From positions 1 to 64,000 of IMG/VR virus record IMGVR_UViG_3300031993_000048: a stretch of DNA of 64,000 bases; one strand, 5' to 3'. Under the pieces are notes generated by a model. The model was given only the letters and a program-made list of their open reading frames with translations, had not been told where the DNA came from and ran no database searches. Position 1 is the stretch's first letter. Every line of letters starts with the position of its first letter. Shown one piece after another: positions 26,069 to 35,485 of the stretch. A program made the position numbers and the translations under genes. The DNA is from a virus. Its lineage: Duplodnaviria > Caudoviricetes.

Positions 26069-29000
26069 ATGGGGGTCCACGTCAGTCCAGTGGCGGCGGA
26101 TGACGCCGGATGTTTTGCGGCGCTGCGCCAGGTAAGCCGCGCGCAGACGGCATGGGGCCACCCCGGGAGCGACAACGGCCCGTCCGTCTGGACGACTACG
26201 TGGGCGGTGGACGCCAACGCGGCCGACGGGTGGTACCTCGACTACATAGACGTACAGGTGGTGACGCGCTGTACGATGTGGAACAGCCAGTACTACGGGG
26301 GCAGTCCCCGTCCCGCGGACCGCGTGACGTCGTTCAGGCTCGCGGCGGGCGGCACGTTCGTGACGAAGACGTCCACGGAAACTTGCGCCATAGCGTTGTC
26401 CGACAGCGGCTACCATGGCGACCACCATACGTACGTGCAGGAGGTCTTGTCGGTCGTCGCGCACTTTTCCACGTCGCCGACGCCGGAGACCGGGACGTCC
26501 AAATGGGGCTCGGAGGGCGGCGGGATAGACCCGGGCGCGGGCGACGAGGTGTCCGGCACGGCCAAGGACCCGTGGACCGCGTCCGCCGACGGGGGCGGCA
26601 GCCAGACGGAGAGCGTGCCCGACCCTTCGTGGATTCAGGTAAACGTGTCGGCCTCCCCCTCGGGGATGGGTGTTGTCGCCGGCGGAGGGCTGCGCCAAGG
26701 TCGTGTCGGCGAGATGGCCACGTTCGGTCTGTCCGCGAAGCCCCTCGATCCCCTGAAGTTCAGGTTCGTCAAATGGACGCGTAATGGGGCGACCGTCGGG
26801 ACTGACGAGAACATCTTTCCGCAGTTCCGCTATCAGGCGGGCACGACGGCGGCCAGCCCGACCACATACAATTACACGGCGGTGTTCGAGCAGATCGCGC
26901 CGTCCGTGAGCGTCAAGGCGGAGATGTCTCCGTCCGTGTCCTACTGGCGGGTGTCCCCGTCCGACCGCGAGCGCCGGTACAAGAACGGCGACAACACGGT
27001 CGAGGACTTCCAGGTGTTCGCGTGGGCGCAGGGCGAGGAACCGTCCGACCCCACGGAGCAGTACCGGTTCGACCACTGGGAGATAACGAGCGGGAGCGAG
27101 TACGCCACGATCAGCGACCCGAACAACCCGACGGCGATAGTGCGCGTCGAGTACGGGCCGGGCGGGACCGACAGGGACGTGACCGTGCAGGCCGTCCTCC
27201 TGTCGAACAAGCCGTACGTCGTGCAGATCTCCGCCGTCGCCGGGAACCCGGCGATGGGCGACGTCTCCGGCGGGCTCTACAGGATCGACGCAGTCGAGGG
27301 CGTCAAGTACTGCACGCAGCTTTCCGCGACCCCGAAGGCCGGGTACCGGTTCACCGGATGGTCGAGCGACAAGGGCGGGTCCGCACCGTCCGCGAGCTTC
27401 AACGCGTGCCTGACGTGCAGCTCCGACGAGAACCAGAACTCGGTCACGTGGACGGCGCACTTCGAGCCCGACCCGGACGCCCCGATCATCCCGGAGTTCA
27501 CCGGCTCCGTCGGGGGCGGCGGGAGCGGGAGCGAGAGCGGGTCCGGCGAGCCGCCCCCCGAGTGGTCGGGCACGACGGAGCGCTCCGCGGTCCGCGTGAC
27601 CGTGACATGCGACGAGACGAAGGGCACCGCCACGGTCGGCGGGGGCGCGTCGGACCTGCGCACCGGCTACGTCGGCCAGACGCGCACGCTCTCGCTCGAG
27701 GCGAAGCCGAAGGCGGCGTCCGGCTCCCCGGCGTGTCCGCTCTACAAGTTCGCCGGATGGTACGAGAACGGGACGCTCCTGTCCGAGGACGCGGTCCACT
27801 TCATCGAGCACGTCCTCCAGCCCGGCTACTCCGAGGAGTCCCCGGAGGAGCGGACGATCGAGGCGAGGTTCGAGCTCGCGGGCCCCGTCATCCATCTCGT
27901 CGCAAGCGTGTCGCCGGACGCCGGCGAGTGGTCCGTCTCCCCGTCGGAGAAGTGGTTCGCGAAGACGGGCGACTGCAAGGACAGGACGAACGAGGCCGAG
28001 CTGCTCGTCGCGTCCATGAACGCGGGCGCGTCGATCTACAAGTTCGACCGCTGGTCCGTCTCCGGCGCGGGCGCGTCCCTGACGGGGACGACGAACCCCG
28101 CGACCACCGTGTCGATGCAGTACCCCGAGGGCACGGAGATACGCACGGTCGAAGTCACCGCCGTCCTCAAGGAGAAGCGCAAGGTCTGCGTCACCTTCAA
28201 GGCGTCGGCGGGGGCCGGCGGCTCCGTGTCCGGCGGAGGGAAGGAGTGCGGGCGGGAGGGCGACCGGATATGCTCCCCGAATCCGCTCGTCGCGACGCCG
28301 GACGAAGGGTACAGGTTCGTCGGGTGGACGGGCCCGTCGCCCTCGGACGACGACTCGTTCACGCCGTGCGTGCTCGCGTCCGCCGCGGGCGTGCCCGGCG
28401 ACGGGGACGTCGAGATCGAGAGGACGTGGACGGCGAACTTCGAGGCGCTGCCGGAGACCTCGTCCGGCGGCGAGTCCGAAGGCGGCTCCGGGGGCGGCTC
28501 CGGCGGAACTCCCCCGCCCGGATCGGAGGGCGGCTCCGAAGGCGGTTCCGGCGAAGGATCGGGCACGTCCGGCTCCGGCGGGGAGACGACCGGAGAGGAA
28601 TACGTCTACATCGAGATCACGGCGAAGATCGCCGACGACAGCCCGTGCGGCGGCGCCGTGTCGAACGCCGGCGGGTCCTGGTACCTCCTGCGCGGCGACG
28701 AGGTGTACTTCGTCTCCGAGGCGTTCCCGGAGGCCGGGTGCACGGTCGTGGAGTGGGTGGACAACGACGGCGTCGTGCGCTCCACGGGCCCGCGCGTCGA
28801 GATCACGGTGCCCGCCGACAGGGACAGGGAGATCACGCTCACCGCGATCCTCGCGTCCTCGACCGAGCCGGAGACCTCGACGGCCGACCAGACGGAGTCG
28901 GGCGGAGAGTCCTACGTCGAGTTCAAGACGGAGACGACCGGGCCCGGCAAGGGGGCGACGTCGCCTTCGTGGGACAGGAAGCGCGGGGAGCCTGGCACCG

Positions 29001-29260
29001 ACGTGACGTTCACGACTACCGCGTACCCGAACCCCGGGAGCAAGTTCCAGGAGTGGAGGGACGAGGGCGGGAACGTCATATCGCAGGAGCCCACGCTCAC
29101 GGTGTCCGTCACCGTCGCGGACGAGCCGCAGACGGTGACGTACACGGCGGTCATGGCGATAGTCGGCCCGCTCCTGTACGGGGACGACGGGTCGCTCCTG
29201 TACGGCGCGGGATGCGCCGGACCCGTGTACGCCGACAAGGTGGTGAAGATGGACGGTTGA
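26069..29260 (+). CDS. Adhesin or decoration-like protein, 1063 aa, with ~8 divergent InlB-B-like beta-grasp repeats
   Basis: Repeated G-x-V-S-G-G ... A-x-P-x-x-G-Y-x-F-x-x-W ... x-T-A-x-F units. Confidence 0.75.
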   Translation: MGVHVSPVAADDAGCFAALRQVSRAQTAWGHPGSDNGPSVWTTTWAVDANAADGWYLDYIDVQVVTRCTMWNSQYYGGSPRPADRVTSFRLAAGGTFVTKTSTETCAIALSDSGYHGDHHTYVQEVLSVVAHFSTSPTPETGTSKWGSEGGGIDPGAGDEVSGTAKDPWTASADGGGSQTESVPDPSWIQVNVSASPSGMGVVAGGGLRQGRVGEMATFGLSAKPLDPLKFRFVKWTRNGATVGTDENIFPQFRYQAGTTAASPTTYNYTAVFEQIAPSVSVKAEMSPSVSYWRVSPSDRERRYKNGDNTVEDFQVFAWAQGEEPSDPTEQYRFDHWEITSGSEYATISDPNNPTAIVRVEYGPGGTDRDVTVQAVLLSNKPYVVQISAVAGNPAMGDVSGGLYRIDAVEGVKYCTQLSATPKAGYRFTGWSSDKGGSAPSASFNACLTCSSDENQNSVTWTAHFEPDPDAPIIPEFTGSVGGGGSGSESGSGEPPPEWSGTTERSAVRVTVTCDETKGTATVGGGASDLRTGYVGQTRTLSLEAKPKAASGSPACPLYKFAGWYENGTLLSEDAVHFIEHVLQPGYSEESPEERTIEARFELAGPVIHLVASVSPDAGEWSVSPSEKWFAKTGDCKDRTNEAELLVASMNAGASIYKFDRWSVSGAGASLTGTTNPATTVSMQYPEGTEIRTVEVTAVLKEKRKVCVTFKASAGAGGSVSGGGKECGREGDRICSPNPLVATPDEGYRFVGWTGPSPSDDDSFTPCVLASAAGVPGDGDVEIERTWTANFEALPETSSGGESEGGSGGGSGGTPPPGSEGGSEGGSGEGSGTSGSGGETTGEEYVYIEITAKIADDSPCGGAVSNAGGSWYLLRGDEVYFVSEAFPEAGCTVVEWVDNDGVVRSTGPRVEITVPADRDREITLTAILASSTEPETSTADQTESGGESYVEFKTETTGPGKGATSPSWDRKRGEPGTDVTFTTTAYPNPGSKFQEWRDEGGNVISQEPTLTVSVTVADEPQTVTYTAVMAIVGPLLYGDDGSLLYGAGCAGPVYADKVVKMDG

Positions 29261-29286
29261 CGCGGACCGCGCAGTTGTGGTATCAT
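29257..29286 (+). promoter_or_regulatory. Sigma70-like promoter (TTGACG-18-TATCAT, TGTGG extended -10) for the head operon
   Basis: Consensus match upstream of ATG 29312. Confidence 0.7.
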
Positions 29287-29311
29287 ATTGGCCGAGAGGG
29301 GAACAGAAGAA

Positions 29312-29881
29312 ATGTCAAACGTAATCCACGTAAAGCTCACGTGCCCGGAGGCGCGTGGCCTGAAGGACCGGTTCACCGGCAAGGAACTCGAGATCTTCGC
29401 GCACGTGTGCGAAGGCGTCGCGACCTACAGCGCGCCCGGAGCGTTCTCGCTCCGGGTCCCGCAGCTCACGGTCGACGCCCTCATGCGGCGCGCGTCCACG
29501 AGAGGGAACGTCGCCGGCATCGCCGACGCCGACGAGAGGATGAGGTGCCCGTACACGAAGGAGCCCCTGTCCGTCGTCGAGATCCCCGGCGAAGGGTACA
29601 TACTCGACGGCGGGTTCGATCCCACCGTGGCGACGCTCGACCTCGCGGACTTCCTCGCGAAGGCGTCCGGCGGGGACCGCGAGGCGAAGGCGCCCGAGGC
29701 GCTGTCCGTCGTCGACGTCCCGGACCTCACGCCCGACGACGGCGACCTCGCGCACAAGGTCGTCGAGGAGGAGACGGAGAAGGCCGCGCACGAGCTGGTG
29801 AAGGCCATGCCCGGAGTCGACAAGGGCCGCACGACCGTCGGGTACGAGTCCGGCGGCAAGAAGGGGAAGAAGGGCAAGTGA
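29312..29881 (+). CDS. Hypothetical protein, 189 aa
   Basis: Restart at ATG 29312; basic tail GGKKGKKGK. Confidence 0.75.
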   Translation: MSNVIHVKLTCPEARGLKDRFTGKELEIFAHVCEGVATYSAPGAFSLRVPQLTVDALMRRASTRGNVAGIADADERMRCPYTKEPLSVVEIPGEGYILDGGFDPTVATLDLADFLAKASGGDREAKAPEALSVVDVPDLTPDDGDLAHKVVEEETEKAAHELVKAMPGVDKGRTTVGYESGGKKGKKGK

Positions 29882-30423
29882 GCAGGTTCGCGCGCACGAT
29901 GTCGGCCCCGCCGGGAGGCGAGTGGTTCTGGGAGGACGGCGAGACGTTCATACACTCGCCGTCGTACGCCGACGCCGTCGACGCGCTCGCCCGGCATTTC
30001 CGGGCGAAGGGAATCCAGAGGGACCCCGCGACCGCGCTCGCCGAGCACATGTGCCCGCGCATGCCGCGCGGGTTCTGCATAGGCGCGACGCAGGCGCAGT
30101 CCGGCCCGACGCTCTCCGAGCTTCTCACCCGCACGAGGGACATCTGCCTCGGGGCGCGCATGCAGGACGCCGCGACCGCGCAGCGCAGGCTCGAGCGGTG
30201 CGCCTCCTGCCCGAAGTGCTCGCACCCGACGTGCGTGCCGTGCCGCGGCGTGGACGCGCAGATATACGAGATGTTCGAGGGGCGCAGGCCGCCCGTCCCC
30301 GCCGACCGCAAGTCCGGCGTGTGCGACTGCTTCACCGTGTTCGCGATGGCGCTCGCGACCGTGGACGACAAGGTCCCGGACCCGCCCGACCTTCCCGACA
30401 CCTGCTGGAGGAACGAAAGATGA
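29878..30423 (+). CDS. Cys-rich putative metal-binding protein, 181 aa
   Basis: GTG start; RCASCPKC...CVPC...CDC...TCW. Confidence 0.75.
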   Translation: MSRFARTMSAPPGGEWFWEDGETFIHSPSYADAVDALARHFRAKGIQRDPATALAEHMCPRMPRGFCIGATQAQSGPTLSELLTRTRDICLGARMQDAATAQRRLERCASCPKCSHPTCVPCRGVDAQIYEMFEGRRPPVPADRKSGVCDCFTVFAMALATVDDKVPDPPDLPDTCWRNER

Positions 30424-33080
30424 GCTGGATATACGGCTACGACTACACCGACGGCGACAGCGCCCGGCCCGCGCGCGAGCGGTTCTCCGACCCCCGCGCC
30501 CTCTACAAGGTCTTCGAGACCTTCCGCAGGTACGACATCAAGGACCAGGAGCGCCGCGCGCGCATCCTCGCGATCTACAACAAGAACCGCCCGTACAAGC
30601 CGGAGGAGCTCGAGAAGATCGGGCAGAAGTGGCGGACGAACCTCAACTTCGGCGCGCTCGCGAACGCGGTCGACGCGAGGGCCGGCGCGGTCGCGCGCAT
30701 AGCGACGGAGACGTGCAGCCTCGTGAGCCTCGAGAGCCCCGTGCCGCAGTTCGCCGGGCCGGAGGACGAGGCCGTCACGACCGTCATCGAGGAGGAGTTC
30801 TCCCGCGCCATCCGGCTCGACGGGAGGGTCATCCCGCAGCTCGCGCTCGCCAACAAGGAGGCGGACCTCTACGGGTGCGGGCCGGTCACGTGGCGCGACC
30901 CCGAGGACTACGTGCCGCAGGCGCTCCGCCGGGGACAGGTGCTGTTCGACCCCGAAGGCCCGACGGCGTCCGCCGACCACGAGATCATCATGGTCGACAC
31001 GGAGCTTTCCGCGACGGAGGCGTTCCGCGTCGTCGACAACCCGGACATGGCCGCGTCTGCCGGGTGGAACGTCGAGGCCATGAAGAAGTGGATCGTGCGC
31101 GTGTTCCGCGAGGACTTCGACACGAGGAGCGACACGTCCGCCGTCGGCGGCGTCGGCGTCCTCGAGTCCATGCTCGAGACCATGCGCCGCAACGACTACT
31201 TCGAGGCGAACCAGTTCCGCAAGTTCCACGTCCTGTTCGTGTTCGTGCGCGAGATGGCCGCGCCCCGCAAGATAACGCAGATCATCGTGCCCGCCAACGA
31301 CCAGCTCGTCGGCGACGACTGCGACAAGGAGTTCCTGTACAAGAAGCAGGACGCCTACGACACGATGGACGACGTGTTCTTCTGGTTCTGCCCGGACCTC
31401 TCGAAGCACTACATCCGGTCGGCCCGCGGCATAGCGTCCGACGTCGCGCCCAAGTCCGCCGTCAAGGACCGCGTGTGCTGCGCGATGGTGGACGGCGTCA
31501 TCCGCGCCATGTCCCTCGTCGTGAGGCAGCAGGGCCCCGGCGCGTCGCCGGTCACCTCGCTCCAGGAGGTCGGGCCGTACACCGTGATCGGCCAGGACTT
31601 CGAGGCCGTGCCGAACGCGAACCAGATGTCCAACTTCCAGAGCGCCGTCTCCGTCGTGCAGATGCTCGACCAGGAGAGCACGGGCTCGCTCGCCGGCATG
31701 GCGTTCGGGGCGACCGTGCCGAGGGTCGCCGCCGGAGGCGACAGGCAGTCGAAGGCGGAGGCAGAGATCGCCGAGCGCAGGCAGACGCAGCGCGACGACA
31801 ACTACATGACCTCGCGCCTCGCGTTCCACCGCCTCGTGTGGCGCGGGACGTTCCGCAGGTTCATGAAGATCGCGACCGGTCCCGACGTCGTGTGCCGCGA
31901 GTACCCGCACGTCCAGGAGTTCAAGGAGCGGTGCGAGAAGCGCGGGGTGGACAAGGCCACGCTCCGCGAGGCGCTGAAGACGTTCCAGGTCGACGTGAGC
32001 CGCGAGGTGATGCTCGGGATGGACGGGCTCACGCAGCTCATCGCCGACGCCCTCGCCCAGTTCGGGGGCACGTCCGACGAGCCGGGCCGCAAGCGCATGG
32101 CGCACGACGTCATCCGCTTCCGCCTCGGGCCGAAGCTCGCCAACAGGTACTTCCCCATCGAGTCCCGCGACAACGGGCCGTCCAACGACGCGTCCGTGGC
32201 GACGCTCGAGAACAACGCGCTCCAGGCGGGGCAGCCGGTCCTCGTCGGCCCCGACCAGCGCCAGCTCGCCCACATCAACGTCCACATGCAGGTCCTCCAG
32301 TCGATCCAGGAGCAGGTGCAGAACGGCATCGCCGAGGCCCAGCGCGAGTGGGAGGAGCAGGGGCAGATGGAGCAGAGCGCGGACGGGAACCTCGCGCCGA
32401 AGATCGAGGATCCCGAGCGCCTCATGCGGGTCCTCGTCGCGACCTCGCAGCACATCCAGGAGCATCTCGCCATCTTCTCCGTGCAGCCCAACACGAAGGA
32501 GGAGGCGCAGCGCGTGAGCCAGGTCCTCACCGGCATGGGCGACGTGACGCAGGCCCTCAACCTCGCCATCGCCACCCAGCGCCGCGTCCGCGAGGCCGAG
32601 GAGGAGAAGCGCCAGCGCGAGCTCGAGGAGCTCCAGCGCGCGGCGGACGAGGCGGAGATCGCGAAGGCCAACCACAAGGCGGACCTCGACGCGCAGAACG
32701 CCAGGCACAAGATCGACCTCGACCACCAGGTCGCGCTCGAGCGCCTCCGCATGGAGGGTGAGATCGGTCGCCAGCGCCTCGCGATCGAGGCCGACAGCGC
32801 GAGGGGCAAGCAGCGCATCGCCTTCGAGACCGCGCGCAACGACGCGCTGGTGAAGTCCGAGCAGGCCCGCGGAGACATGGCCCGCAGGGACGCGGAGTCC
32901 CGGCAGAGCATGGAGCTCAACAGGGCGAGCGCGGAGCAGGAGGCCCGGATCAGGGCCGGCGAGGCCGCGCAGAACAGGCTTGAGGGCCGCAGGGCCATCA
33001 GAAGCGTGACCGGTCGGGAGACGCCGCAGCCCGCCGATCTCGCGGACAACGGAGCGTCCGGCGGGGTGGTCCCGCTGTGA
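30420..33080 (+). CDS. Portal protein, 886 aa, with long C-terminal coiled coil
   Basis: PYKPEELEKIGQKWRTNLNF N-terminal motif resembling podoviral portals; size; position before scaffold and capsid. Confidence 0.75.
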   Translation: MSWIYGYDYTDGDSARPARERFSDPRALYKVFETFRRYDIKDQERRARILAIYNKNRPYKPEELEKIGQKWRTNLNFGALANAVDARAGAVARIATETCSLVSLESPVPQFAGPEDEAVTTVIEEEFSRAIRLDGRVIPQLALANKEADLYGCGPVTWRDPEDYVPQALRRGQVLFDPEGPTASADHEIIMVDTELSATEAFRVVDNPDMAASAGWNVEAMKKWIVRVFREDFDTRSDTSAVGGVGVLESMLETMRRNDYFEANQFRKFHVLFVFVREMAAPRKITQIIVPANDQLVGDDCDKEFLYKKQDAYDTMDDVFFWFCPDLSKHYIRSARGIASDVAPKSAVKDRVCCAMVDGVIRAMSLVVRQQGPGASPVTSLQEVGPYTVIGQDFEAVPNANQMSNFQSAVSVVQMLDQESTGSLAGMAFGATVPRVAAGGDRQSKAEAEIAERRQTQRDDNYMTSRLAFHRLVWRGTFRRFMKIATGPDVVCREYPHVQEFKERCEKRGVDKATLREALKTFQVDVSREVMLGMDGLTQLIADALAQFGGTSDEPGRKRMAHDVIRFRLGPKLANRYFPIESRDNGPSNDASVATLENNALQAGQPVLVGPDQRQLAHINVHMQVLQSIQEQVQNGIAEAQREWEEQGQMEQSADGNLAPKIEDPERLMRVLVATSQHIQEHLAIFSVQPNTKEEAQRVSQVLTGMGDVTQALNLAIATQRRVREAEEEKRQRELEELQRAADEAEIAKANHKADLDAQNARHKIDLDHQVALERLRMEGEIGRQRLAIEADSARGKQRIAFETARNDALVKSEQARGDMARRDAESRQSMELNRASAEQEARIRAGEAAQNRLEGRRAIRSVTGRETPQPADLADNGASGGVVPL

Positions 33081-33094
33081 AAGGAGAAAGACAC

Positions 33095-33412
33095 ATGGAA
33101 GAGAAGAAGACAGACACCCTCGGGGCCGAACTCATCCCCGAGGCCAAGGACAAGGTGAGCCACGAGGACGCGGAGAAGGTCCGCGCGCTCGTCAGGCTCG
33201 ACATCGCGAAGTTCCGCCAGCAGAAGGAGCAGTTCCTTCGCGCCGCCGCGGACTGCGACGTCGCGATCGCGCAGCAGGAGGTCGTGCTCGCCGACCTCGA
33301 CCGCCGCGAAGTCGGGGTCGCGTACCCCGAGCCCCCGGAGGCCCCCAAGGAGCCGCCGAAGGCCGATCTCGGCCAGCCGAGGGGACCCGGAGCCGAAGGG
33401 GAGCAGAAGTGA
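33095..33412 (+). CDS. Hypothetical coiled-coil protein, 105 aa
   Basis: AAGGAG upstream of ATG 33095. Confidence 0.7.
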   Translation: MEEKKTDTLGAELIPEAKDKVSHEDAEKVRALVRLDIAKFRQQKEQFLRAAADCDVAIAQQEVVLADLDRREVGVAYPEPPEAPKEPPKADLGQPRGPGAEGEQK

Positions 33413-33816
33413 CCGATCCCGCGATCAGGCATCTGGTCGAGGTTCTCACCGCCGACATGCGTACGCGCATGTCCGGCGGGCTCGAGCGGTTCCTCACGCG
33501 CCTCGCCCTCGACGGCGGGCGCAAGGACTACGAGGAGTGGGCCGCGTCCCCGATGACGCGGACCTTCCTCGACGCGGTCAAGTCCCTCGCGGACACCGTG
33601 CCGCTCGCCGAACCGTCCGACCACGGAGGGCTCGCGAAGGCGTTCGGGTGCCTGTCGGCGCTGCGCCTCGTCGTGAACCTCGTAGAGGATCCGACGAAGG
33701 TGTTTCCGTCGATCTACGACGGGGCGGGCATGCTCATGTCGCGCACCGTCGACGGCACGCCGACCGCGTCCTACGAGACGCCTCCCACCAGCGAACCCGA
33801 ATCCACGGAGACATAA
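33409..33816 (+). CDS. Hypothetical protein, 135 aa
   Basis: ORF track; GTGA coupling. Confidence 0.7.
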   Translation: MTDPAIRHLVEVLTADMRTRMSGGLERFLTRLALDGGRKDYEEWAASPMTRTFLDAVKSLADTVPLAEPSDHGGLAKAFGCLSALRLVVNLVEDPTKVFPSIYDGAGMLMSRTVDGTPTASYETPPTSEPESTET

Positions 33817-33819
33817 GAC

Positions 33820-35196
33820 ATGGCAGAATCCGCACCGAGCGCCGCCGCGCTCGACGCCCAGGTCGCCGGGCAGATAGGCGACATCCTGAACGGGCTCACG
33901 GGAGGCGGGGAACCGCCCGCCCCCGCGCAGCCGCCCGCGCAGCCGCCCGCGCAGCCGGCGGAGCCTCCCGCGGCGCAGCCGCCGTCGGAGCCGCCCCCGC
34001 CCGCGCAGCCCAGGCCGCCGGAGCAGCCCGCGCCCGCGCAGCCGCCCGCGCAGCCGCCCGCGCAGCCCCCGGCCCAGCCCCCGGCCCAGCCTCCCGAACC
34101 CGAGTTCACCGTCGCGCCGACGTCCGCGGACACGCTCCGCTCGATGTTCTCGCGCCAGCAGGTGCAGCCGGCGGAGGCGCAGCCGCCCGTCGAGGTCCCG
34201 CCGGACGTCCCGATCGCGGAGCCCGAGAACATGGACGAGAAGGCGCGCAACGCCTGGGTCGAGTCCCGCAACCGCGAGAAGCAGCTGCGGCAGTTCCTCG
34301 CCCAGCAGAAGCGCCAGATCGACGAGTTCGCGGGCAAGCAGGAGGAGTTCCAGAAGGAGCGCGATGAGCTCGCGAAGGCCCTGAAGGAGCGCGACGACCA
34401 GCTGAAGGCCGCGAACGAGAAGCTCGGGAAGCTCGACCTCTCCGGCTCCGTGGAGTTCCGCAAGAGGTACGACCAGCCGCTCCAGCAGGCGGAGGCGAAC
34501 CTCGACACGGCGATACACGACTCCATCGAGGGGGCCGACACCCCGGAGCAGATCGCGAAGATCCGCCAGTACATCCTCGGCGACGACGCGCAGTTCAGCG
34601 AGTACATCTCCGGCCTCGACATCGACACGCAGGGGACGCTCATCGAGAAGCGGCGCACGCTCATCGAGCTGTCGGCCCAGCGCGAGCAGGCGTTGAAGGA
34701 CTGGCAGACGACGGCGCGCGGGCTCACCGACGCCGCCGCGAGGGAGGACGCCGCCGAGCGCGCGATCGCGAGGCGGAGGGCGGCGGAGAACGCCGTCCGC
34801 CGCAACACGACCGAGCTGCCGGCAAACCTCCGCCCGTACGTCACGACCGACGAGGCCTTCGCCGACGAGGTGAAGACCGCGAACGACGCGTTCTCCGCGT
34901 TCATGGCCACGGCCACGGACGAGGAGATGGCGGCCGCCGCGCACCTCGGGCACTTCATACCGGCCATGAACCGCGCGCTCATGCTCGCGATCGGCAGGGC
35001 GCAGCAGGCGGAGGAGGAGCTCCTGCGCATGCGCGGGATCCGCAACGTCCCGATGAGGACCGCGCCGCCCGCCCCCGCGCCGAAGCCGCCGCCTCCGCCC
35101 CCGCCCACCGCGGAGGGACTGGAGAACCAGACCCTGCGCGGGATCGAGGAGACCCTCGCGCCGCTCATGGGCGGCCCCGCCGTCCCCCGGGCATAG
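33820..35196 (+). CDS. Probable capsid scaffolding protein, 458 aa
   Basis: AQPP tandem repeats then long coiled coil; lies between portal and capsid. Confidence 0.65.
   Translation: MAESAPSAAALDAQVAGQIGDILNGLTGGGEPPAPAQPPAQPPAQPAEPPAAQPPSEPPPPAQPRPPEQPAPAQPPAQPPAQPPAQPPAQPPEPEFTVAPTSADTLRSMFSRQQVQPAEAQPPVEVPPDVPIAEPENMDEKARNAWVESRNREKQLRQFLAQQKRQIDEFAGKQEEFQKERDELAKALKERDDQLKAANEKLGKLDLSGSVEFRKRYDQPLQQAEANLDTAIHDSIEGADTPEQIAKIRQYILGDDAQFSEYISGLDIDTQGTLIEKRRTLIELSAQREQALKDWQTTARGLTDAAAREDAAERAIARRRAAENAVRRNTTELPANLRPYVTTDEAFADEVKTANDAFSAFMATATDEEMAAAAHLGHFIPAMNRALMLAIGRAQQAEEELLRMRGIRNVPMRTAPPAPAPKPPPPPPPTAEGLENQTLRGIEETLAPLMGGPAVPRA
33921..34096 (+). repeat. Degenerate 12-bp tandem repeat (GCGCAGCCGCCC; AQPP)
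   Basis: Read directly from sequence. Confidence 0.85.
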
Positions 35197-35210
35197 CCGG
35201 AACCGGACCT

Positions 35211-35256
35211 GTCCGCGCTCGCCGCAAGCCCCTCTGCGGTGGGCGCGGACTTTTTT
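35211..35256 (+). terminator. Intrinsic terminator after the scaffold gene
   Basis: GTCCGCGCTC...GGGCGCGGAC hairpin followed by TTTTTT. Confidence 0.85.
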
Positions 35257-35268
35257 GCTTTCTGGGGC

Positions 35269-35297
35269 TTGCGCGCGAGGCGCAGATGTGGTATCAT
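35269..35297 (+). promoter_or_regulatory. Sigma70-like promoter (TTGCGC-17-TATCAT, TGTGG extended -10) for the capsid gene
   Basis: Consensus match directly after the terminator. Confidence 0.75.
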
Positions 35298-35485
35298 AGG
35301 TGCCGACGGAGTAAATCGCCCTCCCCGCGGGGCACCTGAACTCGGGTCTATTCCGCGTGCCCGCGCGGCGCACCCGGCCACGTACAGGCCGGACAAAGGG
35401 TCTACTTTCGCGACAGCCCGCGCGAGATGCAGGAGACGCGTGTCTCCCGCGCAACCGTTCACGTTCCAAGAAAAGGAAAAAGACT

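Noticed and set aside
26069-26900. Diversity-generating retroelement target
   Set aside because: No reverse transcriptase or template-repeat pair seen in the window.
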